Source of the DNA: an uncultured Verrucomicrobiota bacterium
Lineage (GTDB): Bacteria; Verrucomicrobiota; Verrucomicrobiia; Palsa-1439
DNA: 64,000 nt
NCBI GenBank assembly: GCA_964566575.1
Contig: CAZMKD010000024.1
Span: 14-64,013 of the forward strand
Reading direction: 5' to 3'
In this document: one piece after another, positions 18,746 to 27,989 of the stretch
Layout: the number at the start of each line of letters is the position of its first letter
How positions within the stretch are numbered: position 1 is the first letter of the stretch
Notes under the pieces: model-generated
Seen by the model: the letters and a program-made list of their open reading frames with translations, nothing else
What the model was told of the DNA's origin: nothing
The model's database searches: none
Made by a program: the position numbers and the translations under genes

Positions 18746-19188
18746 TCCTCGCCCTCGTGATAGTTCACGGTGCGGCCCTTGATGACCTTGCCGCCGACAT
18801 TCCATTTGCGGCTGTCCGGGTAATAACACGCGTCGCCGCGCTGGTTGTCAGCGATGACGTAGTATTTCAACGCGGACTTGGCGGTATTGATGATCTGATG
18901 CGGTTCGTTGGGCGGACACATCAGGACGTCGCCGGCCACGATGCGTTGCCGGCCGCTGGGAGTGCGGACTTGGCCGGTGCCGCTGACGATGACGTACATC
19001 TCGTGCTCGGCGGTGTGGAGGTGATACGGGAAATTGGCTTTGCCGGGCTTGATGGTGATGAGCGCCAACTCAAACGGCACGCCGCGGTGACCGAGTTTGC
19101 GCGACGTGTCTTGATACAGGATGCCGAACTTGCCTTTCGGTGATTTGTATTCGCGCACCGGAATTTTGGAGAAATTGATCTTCTTCAT
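18742..19188 (-). CDS. Cupin-domain protein embedded in the opp operon
   Basis: Cupin motifs 'PYHLHTAEHEMYVIVSG' and 'PPNEPHQI'; 4-nt overlaps with both flanking genes. Confidence 0.65.
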   Translation of the reverse strand: MKKINFSKIPVREYKSPKGKFGILYQDTSRKLGHRGVPFELALITIKPGKANFPYHLHTAEHEMYVIVSGTGQVRTPSGRQRIVAGDVLMCPPNEPHQIINTAKSALKYYVIADNQRGDACYYPDSRKWNVGGKVIKGRTVNYHEGEE

Positions 19189-20166
19189 GCAGCCCTCGCT
19201 TCGGCGGTGCGGAGTTTTGGGTCGAGCGCGTCACGCAGGGAATCGCCGAAGATGTTAAACGCCCAGACGATGATAAACATCGCAAACGTTGCGCCGCCGA
19301 GTTCGTACCAGTGTCCCTGCCAGAGGCGGACTTTGGAATCGCTGATCATGATGCCCCAACTCGGTTCGCCGGCCACGCCGATGCCGAGGTAGCTGAGCAC
19401 GACCTCGGTGAGAATCGCGCCTGGGAAGCGCAGGGAGAAATTGATGATGATCAAGTGCATCACGTTCGGCAAGATGTGGCGGAACATCACCGCGAACGGA
19501 CTGGCGCCGAGCGCTTTCGCGGCGAGGACGTATTGCCGGTCGCGGTGCTTGATGTATTCGCCGCGGATGAGCCGGCAGAGCCCGACCCACGTCGTCAACC
19601 CGATGCCCATCGCGGCGGCCACCACGCCGGGATCGAAGTAGCGTGACAAACTTTGTCCGCCCACGGTGTTCGTCAACAGTCCCCGGAAAACGATGATGAC
19701 GGCAAAGATAAATAGCAGGCCGGGCACGGAATCGAACACGGTGTAAACGTACACAATCAGATCGTCGGTCTTTTTCCCAAAGTAGCCGGCAATCGCACCG
19801 AGCAGCACGGCGATGGGAATCGCGATAATCGAGGTCAAGATGCCCACCTCGAACGCGACGCGCGTGCCTTGCACTACTTGCAGGAAAATGTCGCGCCCGA
19901 GCGCGTCCGTGCCGAGTGGATTGCGCAACGAGGGCGTGGCGAAATGGTTGTTGAAGTCGACGACTTTGTACGGTGCCTGTTTCTGCGCGATCCGGTAATA
20001 CCAGTAGACGCCTTCCGCATACGCCGCGACGCAGGAGTACAGCACGATGACCGTCAGGCACACCATCGCCAGCCGGTTGCGGCGGATCTGACGCCACGCA
20101 ATCTGCCAGAGTGTGGACGGAGCCTCCGGTGTCGCGATCGGTGCGGGCATGGTGGCGGCGGCGCTC
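19185..20166 (-). CDS. ABC transporter permease (OppC/DppC-like)
   Basis: Six-TM BPD_transp_1 architecture with an OppC-like N-terminal extension; ATGA overlap with the upstream permease. Confidence 0.85.
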
Positions 20167-21133
20167 ATCGCAGTTTGATCCTCGGGTCCACCAATGCGTA
20201 GCACACGTCGGTCACCAGGCTCGCGAACACGTACATGATCGAGCCGATCATGACGGTGGCCTTGATAACCGGGATGTCGTTGGAGTTGATCGCCTCGACC
20301 GCGAGATAGCCGATGCCTGGAATGCCAAAAAACGTTTCGAGCAGCAGGTTGCCGGTGTAGAGAAACGGAATCGCGATCACGGAATGCGTGATGACCGGGA
20401 TCATCGCGTTCTTGAGCACATGTTTGAACAACACGGTCTGTTGCGTCGCGCCTTTCGAGAATGCCGTGCGCACGTAGTCCTGATACATCTCGTCGAGCAT
20501 CACCGTACGGAAGAAGCGCACTTCGCCTCCGAGTCCGCTCACCACGCCGACCAACACGGGCAAGAACAGATACTTCACAGTTTCAAATCCCCAAATCGGA
20601 AACCAACCGAATTTGTACGCGAACACATACTGGCCGACGAGTATGTAGACGAGGTAGCTGATACTCATCCCGATCACGCACATCACCACCAATGACCGGT
20701 CAAACCACGTATTCCGGTAGTACGCCGCAAACAGCGCGATGACGACCGCGAGAATTGTCTCGATAAAGAAAATGGGCACCGCCAGCACCAGCGAAGGGAG
20801 CATGCCGTTGAGCATCAGAGTCGAGATTTTCTGTTGGCTCGCGAACGACCGGCCGAAATCAAACGTACAAATCTGTTTGCAGTACAAAAACCACTGCGAC
20901 TCAAACACGCGATACACCGGGCCTTGCCGGGCCGCTTCCATGTTGAACCACTTCGGCAAGTCGAGATTCAGTTCCTTGCGCAACGCCGCGATCTCGTCCT
21001 TCGAGGCGTGCCGGCCGAGCATCTGCGACGCGGGGTCCCAGCCCACGACGTTGAAGAGGGTGAACGTCACCAAGGCCACGCCGAACACGACCGGGATCAC
21101 ATACAACGTTCGGCGGATGATGTAGGCGAGCAT
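20165..21133 (-). CDS. ABC transporter permease (OppB/DppB-like)
   Basis: 'MLAYIIRRTLYVIPVVFGVALVTFTLF…' is the typical OppB N-terminus; 322 aa. Confidence 0.85.
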   Translation of the reverse strand: MLAYIIRRTLYVIPVVFGVALVTFTLFNVVGWDPASQMLGRHASKDEIAALRKELNLDLPKWFNMEAARQGPVYRVFESQWFLYCKQICTFDFGRSFASQQKISTLMLNGMLPSLVLAVPIFFIETILAVVIALFAAYYRNTWFDRSLVVMCVIGMSISYLVYILVGQYVFAYKFGWFPIWGFETVKYLFLPVLVGVVSGLGGEVRFFRTVMLDEMYQDYVRTAFSKGATQQTVLFKHVLKNAMIPVITHSVIAIPFLYTGNLLLETFFGIPGIGYLAVEAINSNDIPVIKATVMIGSIMYVFASLVTDVCYALVDPRIKLR

Positions 21134-21146
21134 TGGGAAGACCTTT

Positions 21147-22901
21147 TTAGTGTTTCATCAATGCAGGGTCAACCCGGTAATACTTCACGTTCGAGTATGG
21201 CCGGTCGTGGTACTTGTAGTTCTTCAGCCACGGCGCGAACAGCCCGAACGCCAGCGGATGCGTCATGAAGATGGCGGAGCAATCCTCGACCACCAGCGCT
21301 TCCATCTTGCGATACAGCGCCGTCCGCTCAGGCGAATCCTCCATCACGCGCGCCTGCTCAAACAGCCGGTCGAACTCCGCGCTGACGTAGTTGGAGTTGT
21401 TCGGCCCCGGCGACACGTTCTTGCTGTAAAACAGCAGAAAGAAATAGTACGCGTCCGGCGCATCCACGACCCAGCCGACCCGGTACATCTGACACTGTTT
21501 GCGTTCGAGCTTCTTCAGAAACTCCGGCCAGTTGTTGTAGCTCGGGCGCAGTTCCACGCCGATCTTCTCCCAAAAACTTGCCAGCAAATCGGCCGACTGA
21601 CGCTCCTCGACATCCGCCGCCGTCGGCAGCTCGATCGCCAACGACAGCCGCCGCCCTGTTTTCGGATCGATCCCGCCGGGATAACCCGCCTCCGCCAAAA
21701 GCCGGCGCGCCCGGTCGAGGTCGTACGGAAACCGCGCCGGCAAGTCGTAGCCGTTGCCCGGCACGCTGGGCGGCAACACGCCTTTCGCGGCGAGTTGCCG
21801 GTTGTTGTAGAACCGCACCCATTGATCATAATTCACGGCGCAGGCGAGAGCCTGACGGAGACTCTTGTTCGCGCCAACGACCGGGTCTTCCATGTTGAAG
21901 CCGACGTAGTACGTCGCCAGCCGCGGCGCTTTGTCGAGCCAGATGCCCCGCGCCTTCAACTCGGGTGTCAGTTCCTGCTGCGTCGAAATCACCGCGTCGA
22001 AATTCTGCCGCGCGATGCCCGAGGCTGCAAGCCCGCCGGAGAGGAATGCCAGCCACTCCGTCGAATCGTCGGCGATGACGTATTGGGTGACGCGATCGAG
22101 AAACGGAACCGGCTGGCCGGCGTCGTCGAGCAAACCGCGCTCACGGTCGCCGGGCGCGCCGCGGGTCGGGTACGTGTCGCCGTGGTAATTCGGATTGCGC
22201 GCGAACTCGATGGCGTAGTTGCGCCATTTCCAGTTCGCCAACACAAACGGCCCGGTGCTTACCGGATGGTTCAGAAATTCCTTCCCGTAAAACTCCACCG
22301 CCTCGCGTGCGACCGGGAACGTTTCACTTTGAGTGAGACTGAAGAGCAATTGCGGGAACGGCTCGCGGAGTTTGATCTGAATCGTATAAAGGTCGAGCGC
22401 CTTGAGTCCCGCGACCGGCTCGTCGTAGCTCACGCGGCGCTGGCCGGATTCCTTCCGGTATTCATCCAGGCCGGCAATGCGACCTTCGACCGTGAAATAC
22501 CGGGGGCTAAGGTTGTGGATATCGGCGAGACGCTTGATGGAATAAATAAAATCCTCTGCGACAAGCTCCCGGCCTTTGCCAGCGGGAAAACATATGTCGT
22601 CGGCGAAGCGCACGCCCTTTTTCAGGTGAAACGTGTACGTCAGCCGATCCGCCGAAATCTCCGGCATCCCTTCGGCCAACATTGGCTTCAGCCGGTACGG
22701 CCGTTCGAGGTATTCGTATTCGTAAAGCCCCTCGTAGACTTTGCAGATCGCGGCAATGGCCGTCGTATCGCTGGACGTGACAGGGTCAAACCCGCGAATG
22801 CGTTCGGTTGCACCGACGTAGTGGAGTTGGGGATGGGATTCGAAATCCGCCAGCGCAGCGGTGGCGATGAGACAGGCAATGGCCAGCGCCAGCGCGCGCA
22901 C
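21147..22901 (-). CDS. ABC transporter substrate-binding protein, family 5 (OppA/DppA-like), paralogue 1
   Basis: 584 aa with a signal peptide; SBP_bac_5-type composition; 60% identical in its N-terminal half to the adjacent paralogue. Confidence 0.85.
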   Translation of the reverse strand: MRALALAIACLIATAALADFESHPQLHYVGATERIRGFDPVTSSDTTAIAAICKVYEGLYEYEYLERPYRLKPMLAEGMPEISADRLTYTFHLKKGVRFADDICFPAGKGRELVAEDFIYSIKRLADIHNLSPRYFTVEGRIAGLDEYRKESGQRRVSYDEPVAGLKALDLYTIQIKLREPFPQLLFSLTQSETFPVAREAVEFYGKEFLNHPVSTGPFVLANWKWRNYAIEFARNPNYHGDTYPTRGAPGDRERGLLDDAGQPVPFLDRVTQYVIADDSTEWLAFLSGGLAASGIARQNFDAVISTQQELTPELKARGIWLDKAPRLATYYVGFNMEDPVVGANKSLRQALACAVNYDQWVRFYNNRQLAAKGVLPPSVPGNGYDLPARFPYDLDRARRLLAEAGYPGGIDPKTGRRLSLAIELPTAADVEERQSADLLASFWEKIGVELRPSYNNWPEFLKKLERKQCQMYRVGWVVDAPDAYYFFLLFYSKNVSPGPNNSNYVSAEFDRLFEQARVMEDSPERTALYRKMEALVVEDCSAIFMTHPLAFGLFAPWLKNYKYHDRPYSNVKYYRVDPALMKH

Positions 22902-22903
22902 GG

Positions 22904-24718
22904 CTACCGCACCTTGGTTTGCCAGTTCAGGTCGGTCTTGTAAAACTTCATGTTCGGGTACGAGAAGTCGTGGAACTTATAGTTCGTGAACCACTGCTGC
23001 TGCAACCCAAACGCCAGCGGATACGTCAGCGTCATCCACACGGCGTCGGCGTTGACTATGTCGGCCAATTGCATATAGAGCTTGGTGCGCTCCGTCCCGT
23101 CTTGCATTTGGCGGGCTTGGTCGAAGAGTTCGTCAAACTTCGGGTTGCTGTAGTTCGTGTGGTTCGGGCCGGGCGACATGCTCTTGGAGTAGAACAACGT
23201 CAGATAATTCTCGGCATCCGGGTAGTCCGCGACCCAGCCGAGCCGGAACATCTGTTGTTGTTTGCGCTCTATCTTCTTCAGGAACTCCGGCCAGTTGTTG
23301 TACTCCGGTACGAGCTGCACGCCGATCGCGGAAAAGAACGCGGCCATCAGCTCGATTGATTGTCGTTCCTCCGGCTCGCTGGCGTTGCCGAGTTGGACGG
23401 TGAGTTGCAAGCGGTTGCCGGTCTTGGGATCGATGCCGCCGGGGTAACCGGCTTCGGCGAGCAGCTTCTTCGCCTTCTCCAAATCAAACGGATACGGCAA
23501 CGGTTTGCTCTCGTCGTGTCCGCTCATGCCAGGCGGGATCGGGCTGTTGGCCGGCATCTGGCGGTCGTTGTAGAACTCGCACCACTTCGCGATGTCCACC
23601 GTGTGGCAGAGAGCCTGCCGGAGTTTGCGATGCCGCGCGTCCTCGGCTGGGTCTTTCGACCGGCCTACTACCGGGTCCTCCATGTTGAAGCCGAGGTATG
23701 TCGTCCATAAATTCGGCGCTTTCTCCAACCGGATGCCTTTCTGTCGGAGGTCGATCGTCAACTCTTTCTGCCCGGAGATTACTGCGTTGAAATTATCCTT
23801 AGCGATGCCGGCCTGGCCAAGCGCACCGGACAGGAACATCAGCCACTCCGTCGAATTGTCCGCGATCACGTATTGACGAACTTCCTGGATGAACGGCACA
23901 GGCTTGCCGGCCTCGTTGAGCAATCCTTTCTCCTTGTCACCCGCTTCGCCAATCGTCGTGTATGTGTCACCGTGATAGGTGGGATTCGCCCGGTAGGTGA
24001 TGCCGTAATTCCGGTACGTCCAGTCGGCAACGAGGTACGGGCCGGTGCCGACCGGGTGATTGAGAAACTCCTTGCCGTAAACCTCCACCGCCTCGCGCGG
24101 CACGACAAACGTGTAGCTCATCGTCAACACCCAGATCAATTGCGGGTACGGCTGCGTGAGCTTCACCTGCAACGTGTGCTTGTCGAGCGCCTGGATGCCC
24201 GCGACCGGCTCGTCGTAACTGACTTGCCGTTTCGACGACTCCTCGTGGTACGCGTTGATGCCGGCAATCTTGTCCTCGAAAATCCAGAAACAAGTGCTCT
24301 GCGTCTTCACGTCCGCAATGCGTTTCCAAGAGTACGCAAAATCTTCCGCCGTCACCTCGCGCCCCTTGCCGCCGGGGAAACACGGATCGTCCGTGAAGCG
24401 CACGCCTTTCTTGAGATGAAACGTGTACGTCAACCCGTCCGGCGAGACCTCCGGCATCCCTTCCGCGAGATTTGGCCGCACCCGGTAGGGCCGGGCGAGA
24501 TATTCGTATTCGTAGAGGCCTTCGTAGACTTTGTAGATCGCGTACGCGCTCGGCACGTCGGAGGACTGCACCGGGTCGAATCCGCGAATCCGGCTCGTCG
24601 CCCCGCAATACACCATTCCCGTCGCGACGCCGAAATCTGTGCGGGTCGAGGATTGCTCCAGCGCCCACGCCGGAGCGGAGAGCAACAATGCGGCGACCAC
24701 CAGTTGGGTCGCACTCAT
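22904..24718 (-). CDS. ABC transporter substrate-binding protein, family 5, paralogue 2
   Basis: 604 aa with a signal peptide; tandem paralogue of 21147-22901. Confidence 0.85.
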   Translation of the reverse strand: MSATQLVVAALLLSAPAWALEQSSTRTDFGVATGMVYCGATSRIRGFDPVQSSDVPSAYAIYKVYEGLYEYEYLARPYRVRPNLAEGMPEVSPDGLTYTFHLKKGVRFTDDPCFPGGKGREVTAEDFAYSWKRIADVKTQSTCFWIFEDKIAGINAYHEESSKRQVSYDEPVAGIQALDKHTLQVKLTQPYPQLIWVLTMSYTFVVPREAVEVYGKEFLNHPVGTGPYLVADWTYRNYGITYRANPTYHGDTYTTIGEAGDKEKGLLNEAGKPVPFIQEVRQYVIADNSTEWLMFLSGALGQAGIAKDNFNAVISGQKELTIDLRQKGIRLEKAPNLWTTYLGFNMEDPVVGRSKDPAEDARHRKLRQALCHTVDIAKWCEFYNDRQMPANSPIPPGMSGHDESKPLPYPFDLEKAKKLLAEAGYPGGIDPKTGNRLQLTVQLGNASEPEERQSIELMAAFFSAIGVQLVPEYNNWPEFLKKIERKQQQMFRLGWVADYPDAENYLTLFYSKSMSPGPNHTNYSNPKFDELFDQARQMQDGTERTKLYMQLADIVNADAVWMTLTYPLAFGLQQQWFTNYKFHDFSYPNMKFYKTDLNWQTKVR

Positions 24719-24722
24719 GGCA

Positions 24723-25160
24723 CTACGGAGTCTTGGCCGGCTCGGAGGCCGGCTCCTCAGGAAGGGCAGTCGGCAAAGCGGTCGGCTGCGACGGCGCGGG
24801 AGCCGATAGCGTGGTCGGCTGCGACGGCGCGGCAGCCGGCAATGCGGTCGGTTGCGACGGCGCGGGAATCGGCAACGCAGGGGCGGATTGGACCGCTTTC
24901 TCCATCAGTGACCCAGTGCCGCCGCGCCGGGTGTGCAAAATCGCCAACAGCAACGTCGTGCCGAGCATGATGCACGCGCACCAAATCGTCATCTTCAGCA
25001 ACGCCGTCGTGGTGCCGGCGCCAAAGACCGTCTCAGTCATCCCGCCACCGAACGCCGCGCCAACGCCTTGGTCCTTCGACTTCTGCATCAGCACCAACAC
25101 AATCAAAAACAGTGCCACCAACACGTGGATCACCGTCAAAATTCCAATCAATACGCTCAT
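24723..25160 (-). CDS. secG: Preprotein translocase subunit SecG with a proline-rich repetitive C-terminal extension
   Basis: 'MSVLIGILTVIHVLVALFLIVLVLMQKSKDQGVGAAFGGG…' is the SecG signature; the tail 'PAPSQPTALPA' x3 is encoded by 33-bp tandem repeats. Confidence 0.7.
   Translation of the reverse strand: MSVLIGILTVIHVLVALFLIVLVLMQKSKDQGVGAAFGGGMTETVFGAGTTTALLKMTIWCACIMLGTTLLLAILHTRRGGTGSLMEKAVQSAPALPIPAPSQPTALPAAAPSQPTTLSAPAPSQPTALPTALPEEPASEPAKTP
24781..24880. repeat. Three tandem 33-bp repeats (GTCGGCTGCGACGGCGCGGG…) inside the secG 3' end
   Basis: Units begin at 24781, 24814 and 24847 with >85% identity. Confidence 0.6.
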
Positions 25161-25930
25161 ATATTTCCTCTCGCGCTCTTCACAATATCTCCAAATCCTT
25201 TCGCATCCAAACTCGCGCCACCCACCAGCGCGCCGTCCACGTCCGGCTGCGACAACAAATCCGCCGCATTCGCCGGCTTCACGCTGCCGCCGTACTGGAT
25301 GCGCACCTTCGCGGCGGTGGCCGGATCGAACGTCCGCGCCAGCATCTCGCGAATGAAACAGTGCACTTCCTGCGCTTGCTGCGGCGTCGCGTTGCGACCC
25401 GTGCCGATTGCCCACACTGGTTCGTAGGCAATCACCGACTCCAGAATATCATCTTTCGTGAACCCGGCAAGGCTGCCTTCAAGTTGCTCGATCACGACTG
25501 CCTGTGTCATGCCGCCATCGCGATGCTGGAGCATCTCGCCGACACACACAATTGGCCGCAACCCGTTGGCCAGCGCCGCTTTCGCGCGCTTGTTCACGCC
25601 GGCATCGGTCTCACCGAAGAACTGCCGGCGCTCGCTGTGCCCGACGATGGCATACCGGACGAAAAGCTCCTTGAGCATCGCCGGCGCGGTCTCGCCGGTA
25701 AACGCGCCTTCCCTCTCCCAATGCACATTCTGCGCGCCGAGCTTGATGTCGGAGTCCTGCAAAATCGTACTGACCGCATACAACGCCGTAAACGGCGGAC
25801 ACACGACCACTTCGACGCCCTCGATGCCGGCAATCTCGCGCTTCAGCGCGCTAATCAACGCCAGCGCGTCCGCTGCCGTCTTGTACATCTTCCAGTTGCC
25901 GGCAATGATCGGCTTGCGTTGTGGATTCAT
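25157..25930 (-). CDS. tpiA: Triosephosphate isomerase
   Basis: 'PIIAGNWKMYKT…AYEPVWAIGTG…' are canonical TIM motifs. Confidence 0.9.
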   Translation of the reverse strand: MNPQRKPIIAGNWKMYKTAADALALISALKREIAGIEGVEVVVCPPFTALYAVSTILQDSDIKLGAQNVHWEREGAFTGETAPAMLKELFVRYAIVGHSERRQFFGETDAGVNKRAKAALANGLRPIVCVGEMLQHRDGGMTQAVVIEQLEGSLAGFTKDDILESVIAYEPVWAIGTGRNATPQQAQEVHCFIREMLARTFDPATAAKVRIQYGGSVKPANAADLLSQPDVDGALVGGASLDAKGFGDIVKSARGNI

Positions 25931-26020
25931 TTCCGGGCTAGTGTCCAGATTTGCCGGGAACAGTCAATACTTTCAGATTGAGTCCCAACTGCCGGCGACC
26001 TAGGCTGGCGCTGTGCTCCA

Positions 26021-27256
26021 ATGAAAGGGAGATTTGCCGGATACCTCTTGGCCGGGATTACCGTTCTACTGATACTGGTTTTCCTCGGCCGGTATGCCTT
26101 GCGCGAAGCTCCGCCTGAACCAACAGCGGCAAAGATTGAGCCGGTAGAACCGCAGCGGCAACACAGACCCCGGCCTGTGTTTCAAGTTTTGCCGGCCGAA
26201 CCGCCGGTAACTCAACCGCAAGAGTCGCCCGTTACAAATGCTGCCACGCTCTACCGGCAGGCATTCGCGCTCTACGATGCACTGTCCAAGGAGGAGAAGG
26301 TAATGTTGGCAGATTCGCGGACGAATGTGGACGCCTCCGTCGAGGCGGAATTGTGCGAGAAAATTCGTCCGATCTGCGACCTGATGCACGAAGCCACGGT
26401 GGTGACGAATTGCGATTGGGGCATCGAACCGCTGGCGATCGAAACCGAACTGCAATTTCTTTCTTTTCTTTCGCCCTCGCGAGCCTGTGTGGGCGCGGCC
26501 ATCTGGAGTGCTAATCATTGCCGTAAGAGCGACTCGACTCGCGCAACGGACGATGTGTTGTCCGCACTGCGACTTGGTAAACAGGTCTCGCAGGCTTGCA
26601 TCATCGGCAGTCTGGTGGACATCGGAATTCAAGGCATCGCAGCTTATGGTGTGGCGTCGAATCTGAATTCGTTTCGCGGCGTGGATGGTCAGCGACTGGC
26701 TGCGGCAATTGGTGACGCGGCGTATGCAGAAGCGCCGGCACGCGCAATGGAACAGGACGCCACCATGGTCGACCGTTTCGCCGCCAGATTAGCCACACTG
26801 CCTCAGGCCGAATTTGAGAAAGAGATCGAGAAGCTTACTACTGCGCTAGTGGGAATGCGGCCCCCGCCGAAAATGGATCAGGCTGCCGCAGCGGACGCGC
26901 TGAACCAGATTGCAGATCTCCAACGAGAATTGGGAAAGCTCTTGGCGTCCGGATCCGAAGCAGAATACGAAGCTTGGCAGCGTGAGTCCGATGAGCTTCA
27001 GAAATCCAATCCTTTAGCGAAGCTTCTTCTGGCGGCTCTTGACGGCGTCGTCGATAAGGTGCAACGCGCAGTCATCACGAGAGAGATGTTGATCGCAGCG
27101 CTCGCCGTTGCGGAAACGGGCACGGACGCGCTGACAACGCATCCGGACCCTGCCACCGGTCAGCCGTTCATCTACACTGAAACCGCCGACGGCTTTGAAC
27201 TCCAATCCGGCTACCAAACCACCAACGGCCCGCCGCTCAAGATGCAGTTCAAATAG
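26021..27256 (+). CDS. Hypothetical membrane-anchored protein
   Basis: N-terminal TM 'YLLAGITVLLILVFLG', Pro-rich linker, Ala/Leu-rich helical body; 411 aa. Confidence 0.5.
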   Translation: MKGRFAGYLLAGITVLLILVFLGRYALREAPPEPTAAKIEPVEPQRQHRPRPVFQVLPAEPPVTQPQESPVTNAATLYRQAFALYDALSKEEKVMLADSRTNVDASVEAELCEKIRPICDLMHEATVVTNCDWGIEPLAIETELQFLSFLSPSRACVGAAIWSANHCRKSDSTRATDDVLSALRLGKQVSQACIIGSLVDIGIQGIAAYGVASNLNSFRGVDGQRLAAAIGDAAYAEAPARAMEQDATMVDRFAARLATLPQAEFEKEIEKLTTALVGMRPPPKMDQAAAADALNQIADLQRELGKLLASGSEAEYEAWQRESDELQKSNPLAKLLLAALDGVVDKVQRAVITREMLIAALAVAETGTDALTTHPDPATGQPFIYTETADGFELQSGYQTTNGPPLKMQFK

Positions 27257-27282
27257 CCTGCTTGTTGGACTACCGGCTTACT

Positions 27283-27365
27283 TGTCGGACAGCGCCGCGA
27301 CGCCGGGAAGTTCTCGGCCTTCGAGGAACTCCAGCGACGCGCCGGCAGTGCTTATGCGAAGTTGA
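27283..27365 (-). pseudogene. Diverged remnant of the pgk 3' end (…[25 protein letters not shown]) just downstream of the DUF5615 gene
   Basis: Minus-strand translation matches the pgk C-terminus '…[26 protein letters not shown]'; ~70% nt identity including an 18-nt identical core (AACTCCAGCGACGCGCCG). Confidence 0.5.
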
Positions 27366-27672
27366 CGTTGTTCACAATGCCGGATTCGCCGGCCCTGTCG
27401 AGCAGACGAACCAGTGCCGCACGCTCAGCCACGCGTGTTTTCTTGCGAATCAAAATGATGAGACCGCGATGGGGTTGTGATCTCGCTAAGGCCAGATAGT
27501 CGTCGCGGTTGCAGGTAATCAAGATCCAGCCTCGTTGATTGGCATGGGCGAGGACGTCAATGTCGGCGGTTTCTTCGGGCAAGACTTCGCGCAAACGTAC
27601 AACTTCATGACCGAGCGCACGGACGGAATAGACAATGTCGTCCGGAACGTCGTGATCCAGCAGGAAGGTCAT
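27352..27672 (-). CDS. DUF5615-family PIN-like protein (putative toxin component)
   Basis: ~106 aa; typical partner of DUF433 proteins; 4-nt overlap with the upstream DUF433 gene. Confidence 0.6.
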   Translation of the reverse strand: MTFLLDHDVPDDIVYSVRALGHEVVRLREVLPEETADIDVLAHANQRGWILITCNRDDYLALARSQPHRGLIILIRKKTRVAERAALVRLLDRAGESGIVNNVNFA

Positions 27673-27932
27673 GCGTCGGGCGGCGACATCTGACGGGCGA
27701 CCAGTACGTCAATCTCTCCGCGATGGTCTTCGTAGTACGCGAGGCATTCGTACACCTGCGCCTTCGTGATGTCCGGGAAACAGGTCGCGGCGATACTGTC
27801 TACGGTCTCGCCGTTCTGGAGCAACCCGACGACATCGTGCACGCCGATGCGTGTGCCCGCAATGATGGCGTTACCGCCTCGCACCCCGGGCTTGCGGGTG
27901 ATGTACCGATACTCTGTTCCGAGTTCTGCCAT
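27669..27932 (-). CDS. DUF433-domain protein (putative antitoxin/DNA-binding component)
   Basis: 'YRYITRKPGVRGGNAIIAGTRIGVHDVVGLLQNGETVDSIA…' matches the DUF433 signature; 87 aa. Confidence 0.65.
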   Translation of the reverse strand: MAELGTEYRYITRKPGVRGGNAIIAGTRIGVHDVVGLLQNGETVDSIAATCFPDITKAQVYECLAYYEDHRGEIDVLVARQMSPPDA

Positions 27933-27989
27933 GCGCTACGTCTATACCACGCGGCAGGCTGCACGGCAAATCGGAAAACCCGGTAGTTC

